DNA of 64,000 nt from positions 2,728,001-2,792,000 of the forward strand of contig CM039001.1 in NCBI GenBank assembly GCA_017499595.2, read 5' to 3'. Under the pieces are notes generated by a model. The model was not told where the DNA came from, did no database searches, and saw only the letters and a list, made by a program, of their open reading frames with translations. Each line of letters opens with the position of its first letter. Position 1 is the first letter of the stretch. This DNA is from Psilocybe cubensis. Lineage: Eukaryota. This document shows, one piece after another, positions 50,976 to 64,000 of this stretch. Made by a program: the position numbers and the translations under genes.

Positions 50976-53900
50976 ATGAGGACTACTCGCTCTTCGGCGA
51001 GGATTGCTTTGTCGTCTTCAACAGCGACTTCCATTTCCAATCCTTCTCCAGCATTGAGTTCTAGGGCTGAGTCCATAAAGACAGAGGCTGAAACGCCTAT
51101 GACTTCTGACCTTGAAGAAGATTTGGTCCCTGTCAAGACGCGCAATGCAAGTGCGCGAGGAAGCAAAAGGGGGGCCAAACGCTTTACTGAGAATGACGAT
51201 GAGGAAGAGTCGATATCTGTCGCCCCTGCGCCTAAACGAAGACGCAGTGCTACTGTTACCCAACAAGTTTACGTGGCAGTCCCAACTGCGAAAATCAAAG
51301 GAAAATTACAGGTTAGGAAGCTCTTTGATGAAAAGTAGACCATCTCCGTGAATGATATTTACAGAAAGAGACTCCAAAGACTAGGGGAAAGGGCAAGGCC
51401 AAAGATGTTGTCTCCGCAAGGCCGTCCTCCGACAGTGAGAATGAACCAGAAGATAGCGACCTGGAATACGACGAAGACGAAGCTCGGGAAATTGATGAAT
51501 CGGACGAAAGTGACTCAGAGTTTAGGATATCTGATGCAGATGAAGAAGACGAGGAGATTATGATCGATGACGCAGTGCGCCTGTCACTTCAAACATCTCA
51601 AGCCAACGGTGCCGGCTCATCTTCGAATCGTGTCGCGGGCCCCAGCCCTGCCGCCATGTTGCGTGCTGCAGCTGCAGAGCGTCGGTTGGCACGTCAGCGA
51701 GAAGCTGAGACGGTCGAAAATTTCCAGGAACTGGACAGCGACGACTTAGATGAATTTTCTTCGGAAGATGAGCCATTAGCAGACATTTTATCCAGCGAGG
51801 GGAAAGGAAAAGGAAAGGAACTCTTTACTTCAACTCCGACGAGGATGATTTCTTCAAAGAAGTCCATGACATTATCTGAACTGAAGAAACTAGCTAAGGA
51901 GCGACGCTCGGCGTTTCGCAATGCTCGCATTGCAAACAAGAAAGAGGAACGTGCACTTGTGAAAGAGCTTGGCAGGAGATTGACCCATGTAAGTCCTTGC
52001 ATTCCTGAGCGCCTCTTTTGCCAACATCAACGTTTCTTTTAGGCGGAGAGAACGTCCCTTGCTTTGCGCAGGAATCACCCTGAATTGAGGGATGTCTGGG
52101 GTGATCTCGAAAAGGATATTCCCATCATTCAGCCCAAGAAAGCAGAACAGCCTACCAATCTCAAATTAACATTACTTCCCTTCCAAAAAGAAAGTTTGTA
52201 TTGGATGAAACAGCAAGAGAAGGGTGTTTGGAGCGGTGGTATGTTAGCAGTAAGTCTTTTCATACCGTCTTGTTTATGTCATACCTTTAACATATCTCGT
52301 AGGATGAAATGGGGTATGATTTTTTATAGTTGCATGACCACCCTGCTGATTCATAATCTCAGAATGGGGAAGACTATTCAGATCATATCGTTGTTCGTAT
52401 CTGACGGTTCAAAACCCAACCTGGTCGTTGCGTTAGTTTCTACGAGTTTCTTTCTCACACGTTCATTTGCTGATCAGGTTTTAGCCCTACCGTGGCCATC
52501 ATGCAGTGGAGAAATGAAATTGAGGCCCATACGGATGGTTTGAAGGTGCTTGTATGGCACGGGAGCTCTCGTGAATCCGATGCGACTGAATTAGCCAAGT
52601 ACGACGTTGTATGTGTTTTGATCGATTCTATAATTCTTTCTCGTTCTGACGTTTTCTAGGTGTTAACAACTTATGCTGTCCTCGAAAGGTACGTTTGAGT
52701 TGGCTTGTTCAATATCAATCGCTAACATCTTTGATTTTAGCTGCTTCCGTAAGCAGCACAGTGGATTCAAACGAAAAGGCTTAATTGTCAAGGAGAAATC
52801 GCCTGTACATCAGGTTGACTGGAACAGAGTTGTTTTAGACGAAGCTCATAATATTAAAGAGCGATCAACCAACACGGCAAAGGCAGCATTTGAACTCAAA
52901 TCTAAATTTAGGTGGTGTCTTTCGGGAACGCCTCTCCAAAATCGTGTCGGAGAACTTTACAGTCTCGTTCGATTCTTAGGAGGAGATCCTTTCTCATATT
53001 ATTTTTGTATGTTCCCATTCTTATGATTCTCGGTAGTGTATTGACCCGCATCCTTTAGGTAAGCTGTGTGAATGCAAATCCTTGCATTGGACTTTCAGCG
53101 ACAAGAAATCCTGTGACGGTGTGTTTCGCTTATAAATACACTCATCTATAATCCTTCTAAATGTCCCTATAGATTGCGGACACAGTCCCATGCAGCATGT
53201 TTGTCGCTTCTCGTCCCAAAAGCTTGGATTGTTTAAACTAACGCACACTCCACAGACTTGTTTTTGGAATACCGAAATTCTCACACCGATTCAAAAACAT
53301 GGCATGATTGGCCCTGGCAAGAACGCTTTCAAGAAACTCAAGATTCTATTGGATAGAATGATGCTTCGGAGAACCAAAGTCATAAAATCTAACCTTTTAA
53401 TTTCCACAGTTGCTGATATTTCATCCGTAGCTCCAAAAAGCAGACGATCTGGGTTTACCACCGAGAACTGTGCTCGTTCGACGTGATTATTTTAGCCCCG
53501 AAGAAAAGGAACTTTATTTATCTCTCTTCTCGGACGCAAAACGACAATTTAATACGTATCTTGATCACGGAACCGTTTTGAATAGTTCGTATTCATCTTC
53601 TGTTGAATCTTGTTGGGTTGAAAATGCTCATGTTGTTTTCCTCATGTACAGATTACTCCAATATTTTTAGTCTGTGAGTTCACATTTATTTCTCATTGAA
53701 TGTGGGACATTCTGATCCTTGTGGTACCAGGCTCACTCGAATGAGACAGATGGCGTGTCATCCAGATCTTGTCCTTCGGAGCAAGACGAACGCCACTCAG
53801 TTCGTGGCTGATGTAGCTGATGACACTACCGTTTGCCGTATTTGCAATGACATTGCGGAGGATGCTATTCAAGCTAAATGCAGACATATTTTCGATCGTG

Positions 53901-55072
53901 AATGCATCAAACAGTATCTGGAAATAGCCAACGATGACAACGTAGGTTTTCTGATCATCTGCACCCCACGAATGATCTGAATCAGATATTCCGAAGCCTG
54001 CTTGTCCAGTCTGTCACTTGCCATTGACAATTGACCTTGAAGCACCAGCGCTTGTCCTTGAAGAAAACATGGCCAACGTTCGTCAAGGCATTCTTGGTCG
54101 TTTGAACCTCGATAACTGGCGTTCTTCCACCAAGATCGAAGCTTTGGTGGAAGAGCTCAGCAATCTTCGCCTGAAAGATGCCACAACAAAGAGTCTCGTG
54201 TTCAGCCAGTTTGTCAACTTTCTGGATCTTATTGCCTACAGGTTGCAGCGAGCCGGTTTTAATGTAATATCATTCTTCTTTTGGACTAGTCACTCCGGGG
54301 CTAACTCATTTCTCTCTAGATTTGTCGTTTAGAAGGTACAATGTCTCCACAGGCTCGAGATGCTACCATCAAGCATTTCAGTAAGATTTAACTCTGCAAT
54401 GGATTCCAAGATGTTATTAATAATCGTCAGTGAATAATGTCGACGTCACTGTGTTCCTCGTCAGTTTGAAGGCTGGAGGTGTTGCCCTAAATCTCACCGA
54501 AGCTTCTCGTGTGTATCTCATGGATAGTTGGTGGAATCCTGCGGTAAGTTCAAATCGTGTATCAATGCAAAACGTGTTATTCACTTGTATCTAGGTTGAA
54601 TATCGTAAGTTTCAACAATCAGATTCACATCTTGGCGTTGAATCGATGTCATTACAGAGGCTATGGATCGTATTCATCGTCTTGGCCAGCGCAGACCCGT
54701 TCAGGCCATCAAACTTGTCGTGGAAGATAGTATTGAGAGTCGCATCGTACAGGTAATGCACTTATACTTGTATTATGAACATGCCTATAATTCTTTTTCA
54801 ATCGCAGCTCCAAGAGAAAAAGAGCGCCATGGTTGATGCCACATTGTCAGCCGATGATTCTGTGCGTATCCGGTCCAATTTTACCTATACTTATACTGAA
54901 CAATACATTCAGGCTATGGGTCGCCTTACCCCTGAAGATGTATGTCTTTCTTTGCCCGTGGGTTTTCATGCTCTAACTTCTGTGTTTTGTTTTATCAGTT
55001 GGGTTTCTTGTTTAGAGTAAGTCGGCTTCATTATCTAGTATTTCAACCCACTGACTTTTTGTTCAGTTGTAA
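50976..55072 (+). CDS. RAD16: DNA repair protein Rad16 (SNF2 ATPase with RING finger)
   Basis: [55 protein letters not shown]...CRHIFDREC...[42 protein letters not shown]. Confidence 0.96.
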
Positions 55073-55683
55073 AACAGAAACATCATTTACCATATACCTT
55101 GTATAAAATTTGTCTAACTATCATTTCCATCATTTATTCTTTGCCACATGTATATCCCTTCTATGCATCCTTTGGATTGTGTCATAATTTTCATTTGTAT
55201 CCCAATTATCTCAGTCATACTCGGTATCTTTACAATCGGAATGCGTTCTTACTATTATTTGTTTGTTCTTGGTAAATGCGGGGTACTGGGGTTTCAACTC
55301 CCAAGAGTTCGAAGAAAGCACAAAACAATCGAGTGTGATTGGCGCCTTACATTTGTACGGTTTGTAGGTAGCCCTTGATGTCTTTCCCCACAATGCTTTT
55401 TAATTTTTCAAAAGCCCTGCAAAAATGTTTGCCTTCTATTCTCAATACCTCTAAAGCAATTGGTTCAGTACAATCTAGTCACCATTTTACTAAATATTGT
55501 TGATGGATGTCAGGCACTCCAAGGTTACATTTGGGGAAACAAAATAAACACATGCGAAGTTGCCAATCGGGAAGACCGCATTTGAGTTGCCGACCCCGCA
55601 TTCACTTCCCCGGTCTCATTTCTGATTTCTCCAAATCTTGCCTCATACCTTTTCTTGAATCTACTGTACACGTTTCCTCGAAA

Positions 55684-58089
55684 ATGGCTTCAACTTCGAA
55701 ACAATACACTTGGGAGGAAATTGCACAGGTTTGTCCATTGTATATTGTTTAATCTTCAATTGTTTTTCTGAGCACCCGCGTTGGTAACAAACTACAGCAT
55801 AACAAGGAGGGGGATGTGGTGAGTTGATAGCCAATGAACTCTGGGACAGACTCTCAGTGTGGCTTTAGTGGGTTGTCATAGATGCTAAGGTCTATGATCT
55901 CACCAAGTTTGCCAATATGCATCCTGGTGGTCCCAATGTAATATACGCAGAATCTGTTGGTGCGTCTTAGCTCATGATTCTCCACAGGTTCGAGAGTTAA
56001 TTAGCTCTTTGGTTAGCTGGGAAGGATGCCACGCAAGTATTCTTTGGTCTGCATAGACACGAAGTGTTGCTACGTCCACAATACGCACGTCTTCAAATCG
56101 GTACGGTGCAAGGCGAGACGGAACAGATCAAAGCCCCCGTTCCGGGGGCGCTGAGCAAAGTACCATACGGTGAACCAACGTGGCTCAGCCAAGGGTACTT
56201 CAGTCCTTACTACTCAGAAAATCACCGTAAATTTCAAACTGCTGTGCGAGAGTTCTTTGAGACGGTTGTCAAACCTGAGTCTGTGAGGTGTGAGGAAAGC
56301 GGGAAAAGGATATCGCAGGAAGTTGTGGACAAAATGGCGTATGTCTTGTTTTCTCGTTCAATGGGAGGAGCCGCGTGTTTTATTCAAACTCCATATCTAG
56401 TGAAACAAACATCATTGCCATGAGGATGGGCCCAGGGAAGCATTTGAAAGGGCGTACTCTGATGGGCGGAATAGTAAAACCAGAAGAGTTTGATTATTTC
56501 CACGAAGTACAATTTTATCTCTTAAAACGTGGACTTCTTTTAAAGCATTTTATTTTAGGGTATTATCCATGCGGAGCTTGCTCGTGTCAGTAGCAGAGCA
56601 GTGGTTGACGGTCTTTTGGCGGGTTTGGTTATTGGTTTACCGCCAATTCTAAACTATGGCAATCCTGAGTTATACGATAAAGTTGTAAACGAAGTATGTG
56701 AGACAAATGTTTTGTCGATCAGCCATCCTTACAAAGATATACAGACTCTTTCTGGCAAGAAATTCCTTGCTCTTGCTATCAGCGAAGCATTTGCAGGCAG
56801 CGATGTCGGAGGTCTTCAAACCACTGCTGTACGTGATGGAGATTACTGGATTGTCACTGGAACCAAAAAGTACGTGCATAAATATCTAAATCATACAATC
56901 GTTGACATGGAGCCACGAAGATGGATTACAAATGGGACCTTTGCAGACTATTTTACAACCGGCTGCAAGACAGAGGTGAACATATATTTATAACTTCTAA
57001 CAGTTGGATTCTGACTACCTGCAAAAGACCGGATTCACTGTCATACTGATCGAAAGAGGACCTGGGGTGGAGACAAAGCCCATCAAGACCGCATATTCGT
57101 CGGTAGCTGGTACAGCTTATGTGACTTTCAACAAGGCATGCCTGGATTCTATTAATTGTGGAGAATTTCCGTGACGTCGCATGTTCTAGGTCCGAGTACC
57201 TGTTGCCAATACACTGGGCAAAGTTGGCGCTGGCATGTCGGTCATTCTATCTAATTTCAACCACGAGCGATGGATGGTGTGTGGGACTTCGATCGCGGCT
57301 CAGCGACTGGCTGTCGAAGAATCTTTGAAGTACGCGAATCTTGATTGACAAAACCTAAAGCCACATTGTTGACTCCGTTATCAGGTGGTCAACACAGCGC
57401 ATTGTTTTCGGCAAACCTTTGACATCCCAAGCAGTGATAAGAGCCAAACTTGCAACCATGATTTCTAGAGTAGAAGCATGTCAGAATTGGTATGAAAGCA
57501 TAACATACCAGATGAACCAGGTACGATTCCTTTTGCCGAATATTCCACTAAGTTCGCAACTGAGGTGAAACCGTCGTCTACAAGATGACCTATGCTCAAC
57601 AATCTGATAAATTGGCGGGTCCTATTGGTCTGCTCAAACAGTGCGTTCTTTCTCACCGATATCGAGTATTTTGGTGACATTCGGTTCACTATCCGACTCC
57701 AGATTCATCAGCAAAGCAGGGCGCGAGACGGCCGAAGGTATTTAGTCTGAACTTACTGGTGTGTACTGTTGCTGATATTATCTTTTTGTAGATGCAACCC
57801 AGGTGTTCGGCGGACGGGCACTGACTGTAACTGGAATGGGTAAATTCATCGAGAATGTAAGTTTATCCTTGCGGGGTTGCCTGAGATATATTTGCTCAAC
57901 TTGTATTTTTTTTGCAGTATCACAGGACATCTGGATTCGATGCTAGTCAGTACCTTATCGCGTCAATATGCTTTGAATCTTTAACTGATATTCTTTCTTA
58001 ATACAGTTTTGGCTGGTGCAGAAGATGTACTAGGTGACCTTGGTGTGCGGCAGGCGTTGAAGAAAATGCCTCGTGACGCACGACTATAG
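55684..58089 (+). CDS. Cytochrome b5 domain-acyl-CoA dehydrogenase fusion
   Basis: YTWEEIAQHN...WVVIDAKVYDLTKFANMHPGG (cyt b5), then LAISEAFAGSDV, GTKKWITNG, FNHERW, QRIVFGKPL, QVFGGRA, LAGAEDVL. Confidence 0.93.
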
Positions 58090-58370
58090 GGATGCTTCAA
58101 GGACAGTGCCTACGGCACGGTGGGAGGCTGTTCTGTTATGATATCATTTTTTTAAAACTGGGAAGAAAGAATTGTTAGTAGTTTAGTCAGAATTTTTGAC
58201 ATGGACAATTTCGTTGTATTGCAAATGAGAGCTTCAGTAAGGCGAGTCCAGGTACGCGTCTCTGTGAGTCGAAAGCAGCCCAACTGTGCCAAGCCCTGTT
58301 TTATAAGTAAGGTTAGGGCTTGGAGAGATCAGTGGTTAGGGTCTAAATTTCTATCTTGCTCCATGTCTCC

Positions 58371-60568
58371 ATGTTCAATTCTTTCCGACGTGCAGGATCT
58401 CGCTTTGGCACGAGGAGTCTAGCTACGAAACCTTCGGAATATGGACAACCTACGACTATATCACATCCTCACCTAGGTGCGCCCTTTTTGCCATATCTTC
58501 TGGCGGGTTATTCAAACTGTCTCTTGGGTAGTTCAACGGAATGACCTCACGCCCGGAATCCCTATCTCGGAGTACGAGCAACGACGCCGGAAACTCATGG
58601 ACCTTCTGCCTGATGGAAGTGTTGCGGTAGCAGTGTCCGCTCCCATAAAATATATGTCTGCAAGTGCGTGTCGTCATTGTTTCTGTTGCTGAAGCTTTAG
58701 TGTTCTGACATCGCTGTAAGATATTTTGTATGTTTTGTTTTGGATTTCATGCAGGTTGTAAAGGCTTGACGGGGAACATACAGTTATAAGTACAGGCAAG
58801 CCTCCGACTTTTGGTATCTGACTGGGTTCGAGGAGCCGGACTCTGCGGTCGTTCTCGGTACGTTGTATATCGGGTGACTCGGGTCTGCTTGATATGGCTA
58901 ACGAGATTCAGAGAAAAATTCATCCCAGAAGGGATATAAAATGACGCTCTTTTCGTCTGGTAGAGATCTCGCGAAAGAAAAGTGGGATGGTGCCAGGTGA
59001 GATACGCTTCACTTGCTCCTGTCTAACCTTCTTAATATCTCTCCGCTAGAACGAGTCTGGCTCTGTCCAAAGATTTGTTTCATGCCGACGACACGATGTT
59101 GATCGACAAGTTCAGCTCGTATCTCAAGTCTCTGCTTCCGAAATCTTCGCATGTCTATGTGGACCTTCCTAACGTGACACACAATACCTCGCGCAAGAAG
59201 TCGAAATCCTTGCTCAGATACCTCACTGGAACCCCCGCAACAGAACATGAAGATATTTTTGAAAGTCTGTCTGGCTCTTCGCGACGGCCGCTTGCAGCAC
59301 AATTGGGAAAGTTGCGCGCCATCAAGAGCAAGGCAGAACAGCAGATTATGCGGGCAGCGGCAGATATTAGTGGGCGGGCGCATGCTAAGGTATTTAATTG
59401 TTCTTTTTGACAAGGTACAAGTTGACCAGAATTGATGTAGACTATGAGGTTTGCTGAGCCTGGAAAGTCAGAGGGTGCATTGGCAGCCCATTTCGAATAT
59501 ATGTGCGCTCTCGCAGGGTCTCAGCGACCTGCATATGTGCCTGTTGTTGCTTCTGGGTAATTTTATGATTTTTTCACAAATCGGAGAGCTAATGATATTC
59601 AAAGACCTAATGCTCTTATTTTACACTATACCGCTAATAACCAGATAATCACCGAGGATGAACTCGTGCTTATTGACGCTGGATGTGAATACAAGTAAGT
59701 AGTTAATTCAATGAACCGACTCCATTCTGATTTCTTTAAAGCGGATATGCATCGGACATCAGTATGTTTTTTCGTGGTTTTTTATCATAAAAACACTCAT
59801 GGCTTCTGTAGCTCGCACGTTCCCGGCCTGTGGTACATTCTCTGCCCCTCAGCGCGACCTGTACAGCGCAGTACTCTCGGCACAGAAACAGTTGATTGGG
59901 TTGTGTTCGGCACAGCACGGATATTCTTTACAGGAACTTCATAGGAAATCATGTACTCTCTTGAAGTCGGAGCTTAATCAAATTGGGTTCAATCTTGGGA
60001 ATGAGGGTGACCTGGAGAGGGTGCTTTACCCCCATTATTTGAGTCATCCTATTGGAATAGGTGCGTGGGTGTTCAGGAATTTTCGTGATTTACAAACTCA
60101 ACAATCCGTAGATTTGCACGAGTCCTCGCATATGGATAGATCAGCGCCGTATGTTTTTAGTTGCCTTTCCTCATGAGTCATTCTGATTTTTTCGCCGTTA
60201 GTCTACAAGATGGGATGGTTATAACCATTGAACCTGGTAGGTAGATGAAATTATGAGTAGGCGAGCTTGAAGTTGACAAAATTCTAGGAATCTATGTTCC
60301 ACCGACTGCCAATTTCCCCAAACACTTCCATAATATGGGTATACGCATTGAGGTGGGTTTCAGTGTATCCATAAATCACAGTATTTGACAAGATATTCGT
60401 AGGACGAGGTTCTGGTGGGAGCTAAAAACGCGACAATACTTTCTGTTTCGGCGCCTAAAGAGGTGAGTAAAAACCTGCATTTCCACTGCCGTCGTTGACT
60501 GATTCCTGGAAAAGATTGCGGATATTGAAGGTGCCTGTCAAGGGTTACTTGGGCTAGAGCCGTATTAA
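58371..60568 (+). CDS. ICP55: Mitochondrial intermediate cleaving peptidase 55 / Xaa-Pro aminopeptidase (M24B)
   Basis: Presequence-like start, YGQP..HPHL, YRQASDFWYLTGFEEP, LIDAGCEY..YASDI, HYLSHPIGIDLHE, ITIEPGIY, GIRIEDEV. Confidence 0.9.
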
Positions 60569-60706
60569 TTACAATTACACTATGTTATGGATGTATCTAT
60601 AATCTCTTGAGAGCAGCAAGAGTAGATTTTTAATGGTACAATATTCCGAGGTTTGATACGAATAGTTCATATCGGAAGCGCGAAAGCAGAGATGCGAGAG
60701 TTGAAC

Positions 60707-61180
60707 TCAATCCTGGTCGCTCTGGTCTCGTGGGCGGTACTTGATGTTTCTTCGTTCGAGTTCCATTTCTACGTCCTCTGGTATACGACCTGACACGCGG
60801 ACTGCGTACATTCCCCGAACGTATTTGGCTAAAGTGGAGGTTAGCTTGGAAAGGCACCCGGAGAAGAATGATGGAGAGCGGCACCTGTGCGCTGCCACCG
60901 CGCCACCCAGCTGTTATCTGGGTCTATCACTGCGATGATACCGTCGAACTGGGTAGTTGTGCATGATGAGATACGATCTGGAGCGCCTTTCATCTGTTGC
61001 GTTTACACCAAAAAAGGTCAGTTTTGAGGGATAAAAGAGACGGGGGACCCGGACCTGGAGGATCTCTTCGCAGTTTGGACAGCCGTGTTTTCTGAAATCA
61101 CCGGGGAGCTGGATGACGGAGCAGAGGAGACATGCGCGGAGAGATTTTGAGCGCGCTTGTGGGGGTATGGCTGCTTGCAT
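60707..61180 (-). CDS. SPT4: Transcription elongation factor Spt4
   Basis: LRACLLCS...GCPNC, CTTTQFDGII, SWVARWQR, GMYAVRVSGRIP, YRPRD; two introns. Confidence 0.97.
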
Positions 61181-61327
61181 TGTGGTGGTATCGAATGAAG
61201 GCGCGGGTAATTTCAAATTGTTGTTTTATTATGAGACGGTCACGTTTTGGTCTCATTCATGCTTTCCAGTATTGGGGTCAGACGTCTATTTAGGTATAGC
61301 AAATCGCTACAGGTCAGATATCGCTCG

Positions 61328-63020
61328 ATGAAGGTGAGTGAGTGTGTGTTTTAGTACGGTATGTTTGTTTTATTGTGTTTTATTGACTATGCGAATGTGT
61401 AGATTGCAGTTGAAGGATGCTGCCATGGCGAGCTGGACGCCATTTACAGTCATATCGGGCAGCTGGAGAGAAAGAACGGGTATAAAGTCGACGTGCTCCT
61501 CATCTGCGGCGACTTTCAGGCGGTGAGGAATCACCAGGATCTGCAGTGCATGTCGGTGCCGGCAAAGTACAGGCAGCTGCAGCATTTCTACAAGTAGGTG
61601 GGGCTGTGAACAATCAGTTTTGTTGGTGCGTTTATGATGCGATAGGTATTATACGGGCGAGAAGCAGGCGCCGGTTTTGACGCTTGTGATTGGAGGGAAT
61701 CATGAGGCGTCGAATTATATGTGGGAGTTGTGAGTGTCCTGTTTTTTGTACGGGGTGTTTGGATGATGAAGGGTGTGTAGGTACCATGGTGGATGGCTTG
61801 CGCCCAATATTTATTTCCTGGGACATGCTGGGTGCGTCCGAGTGAATGGTGTGTCTATCGCAGGCGCGTCGGGGATATTCAAGGCTAATGATTTTAAATA
61901 CGGTGTGTTGATTTACATTTACATTCGATGAAGAGAGACTGGATGGTTGTGTACAGGGCACTATGAAAAGGTACCGTACGACCAAGGCTCCATGCGGAGT
62001 ATCTACCACATCCGCGAATACTGCGTGCGCAAACTATCACTTGTGCGTCTACCCATCCATCCATCCATCCATCTACCCATGCAAGTGTATCAACGCGCGA
62101 CAGCTCTCAGAAACCCGCATCTTTCTCTCGCACGACTGGCCGCAGTCGATCGAGCACCACGGCGACCTCGCCGGGCTGCTCCATCGGAAAACGTTCCTTA
62201 GGGCTGATATAGAGAAGGGCGCGCTGGGCTCGCCGCCGCTCATGGGGCTCCTGCGCACGCTTAAGCCGGAGTGGTGGTTCGCGGCGCATTTGCATACGCG
62301 GTATGAGGCGGTGGTGGTGCATGAGCCGGCGCTTGCGTCTGTGCCTGGGACGGCGCCTGTGGCGAATCCTGATGAGATTCGGATTGAGGATGAGGAGGGG
62401 GTGGAGAGGGAGGGGGAGGGGGAGGGTGGGAGTGGAGGAGGAGGGCAGGCGGCGGCGGTGAGTAGGAACCCGGATGAGATTTTGTTGGAGGATGAAGAGG
62501 AGACGGTGGAAACTCCTCCCTTACCCCCTCCCCGCGCACGCGAAACCAAATTTCTAGCTCTCGACAAATGTCTCCCCCGCCGTCAATTCCTCGAGGTGAT
62601 CGATATCGACACACCCACACCCTCACCGGACGAGGGCCCAGTACTCACCTTCGACGAGGAGTGGCTCGCAATCACCCGCGCGTTCCACCCGTGGCTGTCG
62701 ACGACGCGGCACCAGCCCCCCTTCCCGGACGAAGCGGACGCGCGCGGGATCGTCGCGAGAGAGCGCGCGTGGGTGCGCGAGAATGTGCGGTCGTTGGCTG
62801 TGAGTGAGTGTCAGAGCTTTGCGAGGACGGCCCCTGGGCCTGGCCACGAGGGCGGAAACAAGTTTAAACAACGTGGGTTCAATGTTACTTTTTGTGTAAG
62901 GTTCTAGGTTGGCTGAGTGTTTTGGATGCAGCGCCGTGGTATACGAATCCGCAGACAGAGGCGTTTTGTAGGATGTTGGATATACCTAATAAAATCAACC
63001 CGCCTCCGACGAACGTGTAG
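61328..63020 (+). CDS. DBR1: RNA lariat debranching enzyme
   Basis: [79 protein letters not shown]. Confidence 0.97.
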
Positions 63021-63236
63021 CAATATATTTTTTTTTTTTGGTAGCTTAATGGAATCTATGACGACGAGCGAGCGAAAAGTGCACATTTTTGGGGTGGGGT
63101 ATAGAAAAATTGCAATTGCATAAAAAACGACGCGTAATTAAACGACGAAACACAAAAAAAAAGTGAGTAGGTATGGTATGGTATTAGACGTAGACCCGTA
63201 TGAGAGGAAGAAAAAAACAGGCGTTGTTTTTTTTTG

Positions 63237-64000
63237 TTACGCGGTCGCTGTGGCAGAGGGTGTGTCTCCGGTGCTGGGTTTGTTGGCTCCTGCATCGCCA
63301 TTACCGGTCGTACCACCTTGTTGTCCCTGCTGATTTTGACCGCCACCGCGACCGCCGCCCCTGGTGAGTCCAGCGGCAGAGAGCCCGCGCGCAGCAAAGC
63401 CGCTTCCTCCAGGCCCGCCACGGCCTCTCCCACGCCCTCCAAATCCGCCGCGGGTGTTGGTGTTGTTGGTGTTGGTGTTGGCGTTTTGGGTGGTGGGTGA
63501 TTGGTTGGGTGCGGACGCGTTGTTGAACGCTTGTTGGTTTTGGTGCTCGGCGGTGCGCGATTCGCGGTCTGTCGCTTGTTTCACGTCGGGCGTAGTATCT
63601 TTAAGGGTCTATAAAGGGTATGAGAAAATGAGTAGGGAGAGAGAAGGGAAAAACGCACCTCGGCGTGCTTTTCAAGACCGAGTTTCATAGCTTCCTCATC
63701 GCCAAACTCGACGTACGCAAGACGCGCTTTGCCCGCGAACGGGTGCGGGAGGTTGACGCGTGTGATCTGTGGATTGGTTAGCGGAGCAGAGGTGAGAGTG
63801 AGGGAATACGCACGCCGGCCTTGGCTTCGTTGTAGAATTCGCGAATGTCGGCTTCGGTGACCTGGATGTGGGGCGCCATGCGCATAAAGATGGTCCAGGG
63901 GTGACGCGGGGGTTTACCTGTTTTGGGCGTGCGCGCGCCTGACACGGGTGCAGCGGCGGGGGCGGGGGTGGGTGCAGGTTCCGGCGCGGCGGGTGCGGCG
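63237..64000 (-). CDS. RRM + RGG RNA-binding protein; 5' end outside the window
   Basis: TIFMRM..VTEADIREFY...ITRVNL...LAYVEFGDEEAM (RNP1-like), followed by RGGFGGRGRGRGG. Confidence 0.8.

Larger units (their letters stand above)
46148..51734 (+). repeat. Tandem segmental duplication, copy B
   Basis: Partner of copy A (40660-46132); continues into the intact RAD16 gene. Confidence 0.92.

Noticed and set aside
40660-51734. Transposon or LTR origin for the long direct repeats
   Set aside because: No transposase, RT or integrase motifs and no terminal repeats or target-site duplications; the unit consists of host gene pieces.
62054-62075. (CCAT)n tandem repeat
   Set aside because: Short microsatellite inside a DBR1 intron; no sign of function.

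Overview
Eukaryotic, intron-rich DNA from a basidiomycete fungus, most likely an agaricomycete (introns of about 50-60 nt, many micro-exons, some GC-AG introns). About 18 genes are supported: a mitochondrial helical-repeat-like protein (partial), a class-3 lipase, a single-pass membrane protein, an APC-family permease, eIF5B, ARL2, cyclopropane fatty acid synthase (cfs1), kinesin-3, IMP3, a LIM-domain-binding (PtaB/Mfg1-like) regulator, a PNUTS/Ppn1-like PP1 subunit, an HMG-box protein, three tandem WW-domain genes, RAD16, a cytochrome b5-acyl-CoA dehydrogenase fusion, ICP55, SPT4, DBR1 and an RRM/RGG protein (partial). Main findings: (1) a TPP riboswitch in the 304-nt first coding intron of the APC permease, with two alternative 5' splice sites, a stop codon between them and an anti-aptamer segment over the second donor, which suggests a thiamine-regulated transporter; (2) a ~5.5 kb tandem duplication that created two copies of an unusual ~1040-aa WW-domain, Q-rich repeat protein, leaving RAD16 and WW-gene relics at the junction; (3) a 492-nt intron in the PNUTS-like gene with features of a poison exon or intronic poly(A) site. 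All gene models were read by eye, so exon boundaries are approximate and no database searches were run.
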